A stretch of DNA of 64,000 bases from NCBI GenBank assembly GCA_902558375.1, contig CACEDQ010000006.1, positions 634-64,633 of the forward strand, given 5' to 3'. Of this stretch, positions 49,001 to 59,028 are shown piece by piece. The DNA is from an uncultured SAR86 cluster bacterium. Lineage in GTDB: Bacteria; Pseudomonadota; Gammaproteobacteria; Magnimaribacterales; D2472. The notes under the pieces were generated by a model that saw only the letters and a program-made list of their open reading frames with translations, did no database searches and had not been told where the DNA came from. How positions within the stretch are numbered: the first letter of the stretch is position 1; every line of letters begins with the position of its first letter. The translations under genes were made by a program, and so were the position numbers.

Positions 49001-49067
49001 AAGCGTTGATAGTGAATAAAGAAATTAAAAAGAACCCAGATAAAAGGAACTTATTTTGATTAAACAT
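46023..49067 (-). CDS. TonB-dependent receptor with N-terminal carboxypeptidase-regulatory-like domain (Oar-like)
   Basis: Signal peptide, and 'GVFSVGNLKPGGPYKITISKSGY' (CarboxypepD_reg-like). TonB box/plug 'DDVVVTGT'. It is 1014 aa and ends '...LGFTYKF'. Confidence 0.9.
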   Translation of the reverse strand: MFNQNKFLLSGFFLISLFTINAYASNDTTSALRGDAGVSQATVVVTNVATGISKTTSSDENGVFSVGNLKPGGPYKITISKSGYVTETLDNVYLTVSETARLTVNMTSSSGIDDVVVTGTKSSSVQTSLAVTSQDIENIPSIERSISDYVKRDSRIFVEGTSRNATISVSGTNNRYNNFTVDGIEQNDQLGLNANGFPSVRNPISIETIEQIQVDISPFDVSKGNFTGASINAVTKSGTNEFKGAVYRYKTDQDNVGKLNGQKASQFADETIGAVLGGPIIKDKLFFFASYEEFESVTPAEPYTYRIATQALIDEIAAQTQALYGYDPGTTSFLPPPELAEKEMYKLDYYINDSHRLEYVYSYSNDNTVRPYNYDIRFSSHYYNYPAMTEKDTYAYYGDISDNLYVQVKYSEVEWANDQDALGGEDFPHVEIRITAPDGSYTSGARESIFLGPDKYRSANEGFAFDEILNLKAVYTMGDHEITVGYDTIDKRLGNLFISRENGAYQFKGVDNYYAGIPSFFRFNKSATGDPYYAMAGFSGTFETFYIQDKYYMTDNLTINYGLRYDSFEMDMGPAYNDYGSGLLGFRNDTPASTSVLQPRFGFQLDASDLNIFSGDRIVSAEIRGGYGLFAGRVPNVWLASPFANSGVVQYGSRYYSPCQTPGDRTCFKAPETIYQDFPYSEFASTSSAQGIDPAYDTPSTWKLNLELLLTTMNGYNFKVAYNRDDSEDGIGFSDASATVDQIGKTGIVTYDSKYAFYVTNAEGTSSDSITLSMDKDFDNGLDVFASYTGLDAQSGWQGTSSQLSSNLEYMPRVDLMNVGVGKTPWAVEHRLVAGLNYTANWFANAPTKFSLFYKAYSGRRFSYVFDGIDDGYDDGSTLLYIPTAGDPNVVYSGVTEGEVLSAVAGIGAAGQHVIANSGKLPYTRQLDLRISQEIPSIMDHKLVIYFDLLNVMNFINEDKGHAYYQRYNTRALLDSDGLDSQGRIIITGTDTRGPSIDSYASRYRMQLGFTYKF

Positions 49068-49171
49068 AGAAATATCCCCGTTAATTTTTTATACATACAT
49101 TATGTACATATAAAAAAAAATACTCAAGAAATTATTTAAAAGTTATTTAATTATTTATGTTTATAATTTAG

Positions 49172-50419
49172 CTATAGTTCTAGGTTGTTTGAGCCAAAAT
49201 ATTTAACCAATACCTCAGGAAGAGTTATTGAGTTTGAGCCTTCATATCTATTTTCTAACAAGGCTATTAAAGTTCTTCCTACAGCCAAACCAGAGCCATT
49301 TATAGTGTGCGCGTAGTATTTTTCTTTATTATTATTTTTAATTTTTATATTTGATCTTCTTGCCTGGAAATCTCCAAAATTTGAACATGATGATATTTCT
49401 CTATACTTATTTTGACTTGGCATCCAAACTTCAATATCAAATGTTTTACATGATGAAAATCCAATATCACCTGCACATAACTGAACAACTTGATATGGAA
49501 GCTCTAATAACTGAAGGATTTCTTCAGCATTCTCAAGCAAACCATCAAGCTCGGCCATCGATGATGCGGGATTTGAAATTTTAAACAACTCAATTTTTTC
49601 AAACTGATGTTGTCTAATCAATCCTTTAGTGTCTCTTCCATAACTGCCGGCTTCTGATCTAAAACAAGGTGTATGAGATGTTAGTTTAATTGGTAGCTGA
49701 TCTTCACTAATTAAAATATCTCTATATATATTTGTTAGGGGAACCTCTCCGGTAGGAATTAAATAAAGATTTTCTGATGTTTTAAATAAATCTTCTTCGA
49801 ATTTGGGTAAATTTCCAGTACCAATTAGTGATTCTCTATTTGCCATGAAAGGTAAGTAATATTCTTCATAACCATTTTTATGAGCAATATCTAACATAAA
49901 AGAAATTAGCGCTCTTTGAAGTTTAGCTATACTTCCTTTTAGTACAGCAAATCTTGAACCAGCTAATTTTGATGCCAAGTCAGTATCAATTTTTTTTGTT
50001 AAATCAATATGATCTACTGTATTTGTAGAGATAATATCACCAATCTTTCTGATCAAAACGTTATCATTTTCATTGGATCCATCGGGTGTTGACTGATCTG
50101 GAATATTAGGAATATCTAAAAGATATTCATTAATAGATTCTAAAATTGCATTTAACAGCTCATTTTCTTTTTTAAGCTTTGAGTTAATACCATCTATTTC
50201 TTCTTTTAGTGACACAGTATCAGAGCCAGAAGCCTTAAGCTTTCCAAATTCTTCTGATAATTTTTTCCTACTAGACTGAAGAGTTTCAACATTAACTTGT
50301 AAAGCTTTTCTTTCAGAATCAAGAGTTTTAAATTTTTGAGAATCTAATTTATAACCTCTTCGAAGAAGCGCAGCGCTTATATCATCAATATTGTCTCTAA
50401 GATTTTTTATATCGATCAT
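49172..50419 (-). CDS. serS: Serine--tRNA ligase
   Basis: N-terminal coiled-coil arm and class II motifs 'FRSEAGS' and 'NGSGLAVGRT'. Length is 415 aa. Confidence 0.95.
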   Translation of the reverse strand: MIDIKNLRDNIDDISAALLRRGYKLDSQKFKTLDSERKALQVNVETLQSSRKKLSEEFGKLKASGSDTVSLKEEIDGINSKLKKENELLNAILESINEYLLDIPNIPDQSTPDGSNENDNVLIRKIGDIISTNTVDHIDLTKKIDTDLASKLAGSRFAVLKGSIAKLQRALISFMLDIAHKNGYEEYYLPFMANRESLIGTGNLPKFEEDLFKTSENLYLIPTGEVPLTNIYRDILISEDQLPIKLTSHTPCFRSEAGSYGRDTKGLIRQHQFEKIELFKISNPASSMAELDGLLENAEEILQLLELPYQVVQLCAGDIGFSSCKTFDIEVWMPSQNKYREISSCSNFGDFQARRSNIKIKNNNKEKYYAHTINGSGLAVGRTLIALLENRYEGSNSITLPEVLVKYFGSNNLEL

Positions 50420-50420
50420 T

Positions 50421-50777
50421 TTATTTTGAAAAATTAATACCTATGTAGGTTGCTAATATTGTTAGTGTTAAAGTCAGTATTATATATGAACATGCAATTA
50501 AAATATTGGTATTAAATAATTCTAAAGTCTGATAGCTAAATGCAGACATTGTTGTGAATGAGCCTAAAAAACCAACAGCAAGAAAATAATACAAGTGATC
50601 TTTTAATATAACTGAGTTACCTAAAGCAAAACCAATAAATAGACAACCTAAAACATTTACGATAAGAATTCCAGTCGGAAAATTCAGGGGTATGTACTTA
50701 ATAACTATTTCATTTAAAAGAAATCTAGATATTGCACCCAAGAATCCTCCAAGACCAATTAATAAAATATTCAGCAT
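50421..50777 (-). CDS. crcB: Fluoride ion channel CrcB/FluC
   Basis: 118 aa with 4 TM helices. Contains 'GGFLGAISRF' and 'GFLGSFTTMSAF'. Confidence 0.85.
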   Translation of the reverse strand: MLNILLIGLGGFLGAISRFLLNEIVIKYIPLNFPTGILIVNVLGCLFIGFALGNSVILKDHLYYFLAVGFLGSFTTMSAFSYQTLELFNTNILIACSYIILTLTLTILATYIGINFSK

Positions 50778-51253
50778 TATTTTAGAACTTCAAATACTAT
50801 TAGATTTTTATAATTCATATTGTCATTATATGAAACTGAAAAGCTGTTTTCTGAAATAATAGCTACAAAAAATTTACTGTCATTTTTTAAAACAGTAAAA
50901 GAATTTTCTTTGACACTATAAATTTCATTTTTATCTATTCCATTAATTAAAAAATCAAATATGTAAGAATTATCCTCATTGATTTCAATAATTTGAGATT
51001 GATTAAATTCATAATCGTAGATTTCTATTATTGAATCTCGAAGAATATATTTTTCTTTAGTTGGGAAATCTACCATGATTTCGATAATTTCTTTATTTCG
51101 AAACAATGTGCCTTTCGAATTTATTTCTTCATAACCTGAGTCAGTAGTTTGGACAAAATTTAAATTATTTTTTAGAAGTTTGTTGATAGATAAAATACTG
51201 TCTTCAGAATAGAGATTTATAGAAAGTAATGTAAGTAATACTAATTTATACAA
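50777..51253 (-). CDS. lolA: LolA-like periplasmic lipoprotein carrier (short, 158 aa)
   Basis: It sits between ftsK and serS, as lolA does in E. coli. It has a signal peptide. The pattern 'F.Q......G.L.........P....I..D...I..YD....Q' resembles LolA. Sequence similarity is weak by eye. Confidence 0.55.
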   Translation of the reverse strand: MYKLVLLTLLSINLYSEDSILSINKLLKNNLNFVQTTDSGYEEINSKGTLFRNKEIIEIMVDFPTKEKYILRDSIIEIYDYEFNQSQIIEINEDNSYIFDFLINGIDKNEIYSVKENSFTVLKNDSKFFVAIISENSFSVSYNDNMNYKNLIVFEVLK

Positions 51254-51254
51254 A

Positions 51255-53549
51255 CTAATCTCTTTTTGGAACTAATACTTCTCTAGAACCATTAGAGCTC
51301 ATCTCTGATACCAAACCAGCCTCTTCCATTGACTCTATAAGTCTAGCAGCTCTGTTATAACCAATTCTCAGTTTTCTTTGAACTGCAGATATAGATGCTC
51401 TCCTAGATTCAAGAACAAAATTTACAGCCTCATCATACAACTCATCTGAATCTTCAGAGGAAGAGGTTTCTGAACCTGACCAGCCTGGTATTGGACCAGT
51501 TTCCTGGGAAGATGAAACAATATCATCAATATATTCAGGCTCAGCTCTTGACTTCCAATCATCAACAACTCTGTGGACCTCATCATCACCTACAAATGCA
51601 CCATGCACTCTTATAGGAACACCAACACCTGGTGGTAAATAGAGCATATCACCGTAACCTAAGAGTTGTTCTGCTCCACCTTGATCCAAAATTGTTCGTG
51701 AATCTATCTTTGTTGAAACCTGAAAACCGATTCTGGTTGGAATATTAGCTTTAATCAGGCCAGTAATAACATCAACTGATGGTCTTTGTGTTGCTAAAAT
51801 TAAATGAATGCCAGCAGCTCTTGCTTTTTGGGCTATTCTTGCAATTAAATGTTCTACCTTCTTTCCAACCAACATCATCATATCAGCAAACTCATCTACA
51901 ACTACAACAATAGATGGGAGCTCTTCAAGGTACTCTTCATCTTCAGGGGATAATGGGTTTAAAAGTTTTTTTCCATTTGCTTCGGCTTCTTGAACTTTTT
52001 TATTAAAACCTGCTAAATTTCTTACACCCATCATAGACATTAGTTTATATCTTCGATCCATTTCAACTACACACCATCTAAGACCGTTTGATGCATCAGT
52101 CATGTCAGTTATAACTGGAGTTAATAGATGAGGGATACCATCATATACAGATAGTTCCAACATTTTTGGATCAATTAAAATTAACCTTACATCTTTTGGA
52201 TCAGATTTAAATAACAAGCTTAACAACATAGCATTTACACCAACTGATTTTCCTGAGCCTGTTGTCCCGGCAACTAATAGGTGCGGCATTTTTCCAAGAT
52301 CTACCACAACGGGATTTCCTGAAATGTCATGACCCAAAGCAAGAGTTAAATTCGAAGAAGATTTTTTAAAGGCTTGTGAAGAAAGTATTTCGGTTAATCT
52401 AACCATTTTCCTGTTGGTATTTGGAATTTCAATACCAACATAAGACTTTCCTTCAATAACCTCCACTACTCTCACGCTACTTACAGATAAAGAGCGAGCA
52501 ATATCTTGAGCTATGTTTGTAATTTTGCTTGCCTTTGTTCCAGGTGCTGGTTGAATTTCAAACCTTGTAACAACAGGTCCAGGCAAAACAGATTCAACAG
52601 ATGCTTCTATTCCAAACTCTTCAAGTTTTGTTTCGAGCAAAGAGGCTATTTCATTTAATTCATCTTCTGTTAGTGAGGAACCATCATCCAAAGCCCTATC
52701 AAGAAGAGAGGTGCTCGGCATTACCAATTCATCAACATCCTTAGTATTTTTTTCACTATCTTTAGATTCTACTTCTTTGATTTGAGGGCTTGAGGTATTT
52801 AGAAGATCTGGTTGTTCTGTACTATTAGAATTTGTTTGAGGATCATCATTCTGTTTTACAACATTTACTGATGAATTTATTTTGGGCTTTACTTTATTTT
52901 GATTTTTCTTTTTTTTAGCAACACTTTTTTCATTGATATTCTTGTAGAGATTTGAAACAAGTGATTGTAAAAGCATAAAACTGTCGACTATAACTTTTCG
53001 AAGATAAGCAATAAATTTAATAATTGTTTTGCCTATAAAATCAATTGTGTTAAGCCATGAAAAATTAAACGCTAATGATGATGCTGGGATTAAAAAAATA
53101 ACAAGAAAAATGAGAGCTCCAATAAAACCAAAGATATCTGAAAGATTTAAAAAAAAGATTTTTCCTAAAACACCTCCGCTACTATTATCAAAATAGTATT
53201 CTAGAATTGAGCAAAAACTTATTAATAGAATAAAAGAACATATACATCTGATTGCAATTTTTGTAGTTGTAGCATGTGGATCTTCAAAAAAAATTGTTTG
53301 TAATGCCCATATAACTCCAATGAACAGAATAAGGAATGAGCCCTTTCCAAAAATTGTAAAAAGAATATCTGAGATATTAGCGCCCAATGGACCACCTAAA
53401 TTCGTAATTGTTTCAGATGATGAATCATGGAATATAGCAGGATCTAATGGATTATATGTAACAAGAGCAATAAATATATATAGATAAAATGCAATTAAAA
53501 AAAAGCTAAAAAAATTAAAGAATATATTTTTTACGTAATTTGTTGGCAC
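51255..53549 (-). CDS. ftsK: DNA translocase FtsK
   Basis: N-terminal 4-5 TM helices, a low-complexity linker, Walker A 'GTTGSGKS', Walker B '[11 protein letters not shown]', and a C-terminal gamma winged helix '[23 protein letters not shown]'. Confidence 0.93.
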   Translation of the reverse strand: MPTNYVKNIFFNFFSFFLIAFYLYIFIALVTYNPLDPAIFHDSSSETITNLGGPLGANISDILFTIFGKGSFLILFIGVIWALQTIFFEDPHATTTKIAIRCICSFILLISFCSILEYYFDNSSGGVLGKIFFLNLSDIFGFIGALIFLVIFLIPASSLAFNFSWLNTIDFIGKTIIKFIAYLRKVIVDSFMLLQSLVSNLYKNINEKSVAKKKKNQNKVKPKINSSVNVVKQNDDPQTNSNSTEQPDLLNTSSPQIKEVESKDSEKNTKDVDELVMPSTSLLDRALDDGSSLTEDELNEIASLLETKLEEFGIEASVESVLPGPVVTRFEIQPAPGTKASKITNIAQDIARSLSVSSVRVVEVIEGKSYVGIEIPNTNRKMVRLTEILSSQAFKKSSSNLTLALGHDISGNPVVVDLGKMPHLLVAGTTGSGKSVGVNAMLLSLLFKSDPKDVRLILIDPKMLELSVYDGIPHLLTPVITDMTDASNGLRWCVVEMDRRYKLMSMMGVRNLAGFNKKVQEAEANGKKLLNPLSPEDEEYLEELPSIVVVVDEFADMMMLVGKKVEHLIARIAQKARAAGIHLILATQRPSVDVITGLIKANIPTRIGFQVSTKIDSRTILDQGGAEQLLGYGDMLYLPPGVGVPIRVHGAFVGDDEVHRVVDDWKSRAEPEYIDDIVSSSQETGPIPGWSGSETSSSEDSDELYDEAVNFVLESRRASISAVQRKLRIGYNRAARLIESMEEAGLVSEMSSNGSREVLVPKRD

Positions 53550-53617
53550 TATTTTATGTTCTTATTATTTTTTATTTACAAATTATATGCTTAATCAATA
53601 AAAAATGGTTATATTGA

Positions 53618-54568
<951 letters not shown>

Positions 54569-54574
54569 ATTAAA

Positions 54575-55558
54575 ATGAAATATAAAGCATATTTAGTTGA
54601 AGAGCTTGATGGCTCATATTCTGGTTCTATTAAAGAACTTGAGATAGATAATATTGAATCAGAAAATGTAATTATCAAAGTTGAGTATTCTTCTCTGAAT
54701 TATAAAGATGCTTTGGCTGCATCAGGTGTAAAAGGAGTTGTATCAAAATATCCATTTGTTCCAGGTATTGATGTTGCTGGAGAGATATTACAATCTTCAT
54801 CGGATAAATTTAAAGTTGGTGATAAGGTTATAGCAACTGGATACAAACTTGGTATGTCAGTATTTGGTGGATTTGGAGAAGTAGTTCAAATACCACAAGA
54901 TTGGGTCATACCACTTCCAAAAAATCTTTCCTTGCTAAACTCAATGTCATTGGGAACTGCCGGTCTAACAGCAGGTGCTTGTGTTTATAAAATCTTAGAG
55001 AATGAACTATCTCCAAATAATCCAATAATAGTCTCAGGAGCAACCGGAGGTGTTGGCTCCATTGCTGTTAATTTATTATCTAATTTAGGTTATGAAGTTC
55101 ATGCCTTAACTGGTAAACCAAATGAATCCATGATGCTAAAGAAAATGGGCGCTTCAAAAATTATTGACAGAAGTGAATTTTTAGCTGAACCAGTTAAAGC
55201 ACTTGATAAAGCAATTTATTCAGGAGGCATTGATACTGTTGGAGGTGATGTTTTATCAAAAATTCTCTCATTGATTACTAGCCATGGTAGTGTTTCATGT
55301 TGTGGCAATGTTGGTGGTTTTCAATTCACATCCTCAGTATTTCCATTTATATTACGAGGAGTTTCATTAATTGGGATTGATTCGGCTGAATCGGATATAA
55401 ATTTTAAGAAAAAAATATGGGAACTTTTCTCTGATGAGTGGTCACTTAATCTTGGCGATTTTAGTAAAGTCATATCAATTATTGATATTGATGAAGAGAT
55501 TGCTAAAATTTTAGAAGGTAAACAGGTGGGAAGAGTTGTCATAAAACATGGAGATTAA
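54575..55558 (+). CDS. YhdH/YhfP-family MDR oxidoreductase (AcuI-type acrylyl-CoA reductase family)
   Basis: Contains 'VEYSSLNYKDALAASG', 'PFVPGIDVAGE', 'GTAGLTAG' and 'VSGATGGVGS'. It starts 6 nt after the trxB stop. Confidence 0.75.
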   Translation: MKYKAYLVEELDGSYSGSIKELEIDNIESENVIIKVEYSSLNYKDALAASGVKGVVSKYPFVPGIDVAGEILQSSSDKFKVGDKVIATGYKLGMSVFGGFGEVVQIPQDWVIPLPKNLSLLNSMSLGTAGLTAGACVYKILENELSPNNPIIVSGATGGVGSIAVNLLSNLGYEVHALTGKPNESMMLKKMGASKIIDRSEFLAEPVKALDKAIYSGGIDTVGGDVLSKILSLITSHGSVSCCGNVGGFQFTSSVFPFILRGVSLIGIDSAESDINFKKKIWELFSDEWSLNLGDFSKVISIIDIDEEIAKILEGKQVGRVVIKHGD

Positions 55559-55560
55559 TT

Positions 55561-55695
55561 ATGGATAATAATGATTTTGAAAAATATTATGAGTCAAAAG
55601 AAGCTAATGAGGATAGCAAGTCAGACGCTAACGTTATTTTATTCCTCGTAATAGTTTCTGTTATAGCTATGACTTATTGGGTTGCAGGCCAATAA
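55561..55695 (+). CDS. Possible small tail-anchored membrane protein (44 aa); not in the ORF track
   Basis: MDNNDFEKYYESKEANEDSKSDANVILFLVIVSVIAMTYWVAGQ*. 'GGAG' lies 7 nt upstream of the ATG. The ATG follows the upstream stop by 2 nt. Confidence 0.3.
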   Translation: MDNNDFEKYYESKEANEDSKSDANVILFLVIVSVIAMTYWVAGQ

Positions 55696-55698
55696 AGG

Positions 55699-56469
55699 TT
55701 ATTTTGCTTCCATTCTCATTGCTGAATCAAGCCTGATTGTTTCACCATTCAGGTATGAGTTATTAACTATATGTTCAGCTAATTGAGCATATTCTTTTAC
55801 ATCTCCAAATCTGTGAGGGAATTGCGTAGAGTTCAAAAGAGCCTCCTTGTTTTCGTCTTTAGCTAGAGCCATGAGTGGCGTATCAAATATACCAGGTGCT
55901 ATTGTACAAACCCTTATATTGTGTCTTGCAAGATCTCTAGCAGCTGTTAATGTCATTCCAATCACACCAGCTTTTGAGGCAGCATATGCAGATTGACCAA
56001 TCTGACCCTCGTAGCCTGCAATTGAGGCAGTATTAATAATAACGCCCTTCTCACCTTTGTCATCTGGTTCATTTGCATCAATTAATTCAGATCCAAGTCT
56101 CAGAACATTAAAAGTGCCAACCAAATTTAAATCAATGATAAATTTAAATATGTCTAATGGGTGCGGTCCATTTTTCCCTAATATTCTTGCTCCATAACCA
56201 GTACCAGCGCAGTTGACCACGAAATTTAACTTTCCATAAGTTTCTTTAATACTATTAACAGCACTTTTTACTGAATCCTCATTCATTACATCGGTATTAA
56301 AATAAGATACATTTTCTGAACCTAGCAGATCTATTACATCTTTAGCTTTGTCGTCATTAATATCTAAAATGGCAACCTTGGTACCCTTAGAAACAAAGTG
56401 TTCAACAGTACCTCTACCCAAACCTGATGCCCCGCCTGTAACTAAAGCAATATTATTTTTAAGTTCCAT
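55699..56469 (-). CDS. SDR family 3-hydroxyacyl-CoA dehydrogenase type-2-like oxidoreductase
   Basis: Contains 'ALVTGGASGLG' and 'YAASKAG' (YxxxK). I use the start at ATG 56469 (MELKNN...). The track's 38-aa N-terminal extension is not SDR-like. Confidence 0.85.
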   Translation of the reverse strand: MELKNNIALVTGGASGLGRGTVEHFVSKGTKVAILDINDDKAKDVIDLLGSENVSYFNTDVMNEDSVKSAVNSIKETYGKLNFVVNCAGTGYGARILGKNGPHPLDIFKFIIDLNLVGTFNVLRLGSELIDANEPDDKGEKGVIINTASIAGYEGQIGQSAYAASKAGVIGMTLTAARDLARHNIRVCTIAPGIFDTPLMALAKDENKEALLNSTQFPHRFGDVKEYAQLAEHIVNNSYLNGETIRLDSAMRMEAK

Positions 56470-56536
56470 GAATATCTCCTTATTTTTTATAAAAATTATA
56501 CATTTAATTAATGGAAATAAAGATAAAAAAAGTATT

Positions 56537-56552
56537 TGGCACATAAATTGCA
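56537..56552 (+). promoter_or_regulatory. Sigma54 (-24/-12) promoter upstream of the porin-glnK-amt operon
   Basis: TGGCACATAAATTGCA has exact GG-N10-GC spacing and matches the consensus TGGCAC-N5-TTGCA. It lies 47 nt upstream of the ATG at 56599. Confidence 0.7.
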
Positions 56553-56598
56553 TAGTAGTTAGTGAATATAAATTATTTTTCATATTAAGGAGAAAAAA

Positions 56599-57198
56599 AT
56601 GAAAAAATTATTCTTACTTGTAGGGTTATTATCTCTACCAACATTCGCAAGTGTAAGTGCAAACGTTACTCTTGCTACTGACTATGTTTGGAGAGGTCTT
56701 GGCCAAACAGCTGGTGAGCCTGCTATTCAAGGTGGCTTTGACTATTCTAGTGATGGTGGTTTTTACGCTGGTATCTGGGGTTCAAATGTCGAACCAGATT
56801 TTGGTGGAAGTGAATTCGATTATTACATGGGTTATGCAACAGAAACTGAAGGTGGTCTTGGTATAGATATCGGATATATATCATATATGTTCTTACATAG
56901 TGACGTAGGATTCGGTGATGCTCAAGAAATATATTTAGGGCTAAGTTACGGTGACTTTGGAGTTACATATTATGAAGGATTAGATGACACTCCATATTAC
57001 GTAAGTCTTTCTTACTCATTAACAGACAGCCTATCTTTTTCATATGGTGATTGGGAAGAAGGTGGTTCGGATATATTAGTTTCATATGGTTTTTCATGTG
57101 GTAGCTATGATTGTTCATTCAACTATTCTGATTTTAGTGCAGACTTTGCTGGACTTGATGAAGATTCATTTTACTTTGCTGTTTCTGCAAGTTTTTAA
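56599..57198 (+). CDS. Gcw_chp/TorF-like putative outer-membrane beta-barrel protein
   Basis: Signal peptide and 'NVTLATDYVWRGLGQTAGEPAIQGGFDYSSDGGFYAGIWGSNV'. This matches the N-terminal signature of the Gcw_chp family from memory. The protein is rich in alternating aromatic residues, ends in F, and has a strong 'AAGGAG' SD. Confidence 0.75.
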   Translation: MKKLFLLVGLLSLPTFASVSANVTLATDYVWRGLGQTAGEPAIQGGFDYSSDGGFYAGIWGSNVEPDFGGSEFDYYMGYATETEGGLGIDIGYISYMFLHSDVGFGDAQEIYLGLSYGDFGVTYYEGLDDTPYYVSLSYSLTDSLSFSYGDWEEGGSDILVSYGFSCGSYDCSFNYSDFSADFAGLDEDSFYFAVSASF

Positions 57199-57555
<357 letters not shown>

Positions 57556-57565
57556 GAGTCAACAA

Positions 57566-58816
57566 ATGGAAACAATATTTGCATTAGATACCTTCTACGC
57601 AGTAATGTCAGGAGCTCTTGTAATGTTTATGGCTGCTGGTTTTACAATGCTTGAAGCTGGTCTTGTTCAAAAAAAAGATGTATCAGAAATAGTAACTAAA
57701 AATATAGGATTGTATTCAATCGCCTGTATTATGTACTTAGTTTGTGGATTTATGGTTATGTACCCTGGAGATGCAACTATAATTGCTGGTATTTTACCTG
57801 AATTTGCTACTTCATGGGGCTTATCAACATCATTACCAAATGATCAAATTGGTATGCCATATGGAATGGACGAAGGCGTAACATACTACTCACAACAAGC
57901 TGATTTCTTTTTTCAGGTTGTATTTGTAGCAACAGCTATGTCAATTGTCTCAGGTGCGGTTGCAGGAAGAATGAAATTAATACCATTTTTCTTATTTGCA
58001 ATTGTATTAACAGGTGTAATTTACCCAATTCAAGGTTATTGGAATTGGGGCGGAGGCTTTTTATCTGAAATGGGTTACTCAGACTATGCAGGATCTGGAA
58101 CTGTACACTTATGTGGTGCAGCAGCAGCTCTAGCTGTAGTTCTGGTTTTAGGCCCAAGAAATGGTAAATATGCTGCTGATGGCACTTCTCAACCAATGCC
58201 TGGTTCAAACATTCCAATGGCAGCATTAGGTGTTTGGATATTATGGCTTGGTTGGTTTGGCTTCAATGGTGGTTCTGAACTTAAAGTAAGTACAGAAGCT
58301 GCTGCGATAGCTGTAAGTCAAGTTTTCTTAAATACAAATATGGCAGCTGCAGGTGGTGTGGTTACTGCAATTTTATTAAGCCTTTTGCTTACTAAAAAAA
58401 TGGATGTAACTATGGCTATGAATGGTGCTATAGCTGGTCTAGTAGCTATTACAGCTGGACCTAGTGCACCAAGTGCTGGAACTGCAGTATTAATAGGTGC
58501 TGCGGGTGGAGCGTTAGTGTATTTTTCAATATTATTCTTTGACAAAACACTGAAGATAGACGATCCAGTTGGTGCTATTTCTGCGCATGGTATTGTAGGA
58601 ATATTAGGTGTTCTAGCTGTACCAGTTACGAATGCAGATGCTTCATTATACAACCAGTTAGTTGGTGTAATATCAATTGCAGGATTCACATTCTTAGCAA
58701 GTTTGGCAACAATTTTTGTTATAAACAAATTTGTTCCAATTAGAGCTAGTGATGAAGAGCAATATGCTGGTCTAGATAGTTCTGAGATAGGAGTAGAAGC
58801 TTATCCGGAATTTTAA
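57566..58816 (+). CDS. amt: Ammonium transporter, Amt1-type (no signal peptide)
   Basis: Contains 'DYAGSGTVHLCGAAAALA', 'LGPRNGKY', 'WFGFNGGS' and 'ISAHGIVGILG'. The ATG at 57566 is preceded by 'AGGAG'. The track's earlier start would overlap glnK. Confidence 0.9.
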   Translation: METIFALDTFYAVMSGALVMFMAAGFTMLEAGLVQKKDVSEIVTKNIGLYSIACIMYLVCGFMVMYPGDATIIAGILPEFATSWGLSTSLPNDQIGMPYGMDEGVTYYSQQADFFFQVVFVATAMSIVSGAVAGRMKLIPFFLFAIVLTGVIYPIQGYWNWGGGFLSEMGYSDYAGSGTVHLCGAAAALAVVLVLGPRNGKYAADGTSQPMPGSNIPMAALGVWILWLGWFGFNGGSELKVSTEAAAIAVSQVFLNTNMAAAGGVVTAILLSLLLTKKMDVTMAMNGAIAGLVAITAGPSAPSAGTAVLIGAAGGALVYFSILFFDKTLKIDDPVGAISAHGIVGILGVLAVPVTNADASLYNQLVGVISIAGFTFLASLATIFVINKFVPIRASDEEQYAGLDSSEIGVEAYPEF

Positions 58817-58873
58817 GTTTATAGGTTAGGATCCTTATCTCCCCTATATAAAACCTAACCTGTAATATATTAA

Positions 58874-58904
58874 AAGCCGTTACTTTTAGTAGCGGCTTTT
58901 TTTT
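58874..58904 (+). terminator. Rho-independent terminator after amt
   Basis: 11-bp stem AAGCCGTTACT/AGTAGCGGCTT with one G-U pair and a 3-nt loop, followed by a T tract to 58904. Confidence 0.7.
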
Positions 58905-58977
58905 GCACTATATATGATCAATATATAATTTATTTTTATTCTGCGCTCTGAATATTTGCAATTTTTAATTCTTATTT

Positions 58978-58993
58978 TGGCATACAAATTGCA
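58978..58993 (+). promoter_or_regulatory. Sigma54 (-24/-12) promoter upstream of the second ammonium transporter
   Basis: TGGCATACAAATTGCA has GG-N10-GC spacing. It is nearly identical to the element at 56537 and lies 36 nt upstream of the ATG at 59029. Confidence 0.7.
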
Positions 58994-59028
58994 TGTCAAT
59001 AATAATATATATTTTAAAGGGAGATATA

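Noticed and set aside
49096-49106. An 11-bp palindrome TACAT-T-ATGTA about 30 nt upstream of the Oar-like TBDR start.
   Set aside because: It is short and AT-rich. Such palindromes are expected by chance in this composition, and I recognise no matching regulator consensus.
50760-50800. A fluoride riboswitch would be expected upstream of crcB.
   Set aside because: The crcB start codon overlaps the lolA stop codon (50777), leaving no leader. No riboswitch can be present here.
57936-58728. Two fairly long antisense ORFs (96 aa and 136 aa) opposite the first ammonium transporter gene.
   Set aside because: The sense strand encodes an unmistakable Amt protein. Ala/Gly-rich genes with GC-rich codons typically leave stop-free antisense frames. 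There is no start context or motif support.
58905-58977. Candidate NtrC enhancer dyads (TGCACTATATATGATCA and TGCGCTCTGAATATTTGCA) upstream of the second sigma54 promoter.
   Set aside because: The half-sites and spacing (TGC-N12/13-GCA) deviate from the TGCACC-N5-GGTGCA consensus. They are mentioned only as places to scan, not reported as features.
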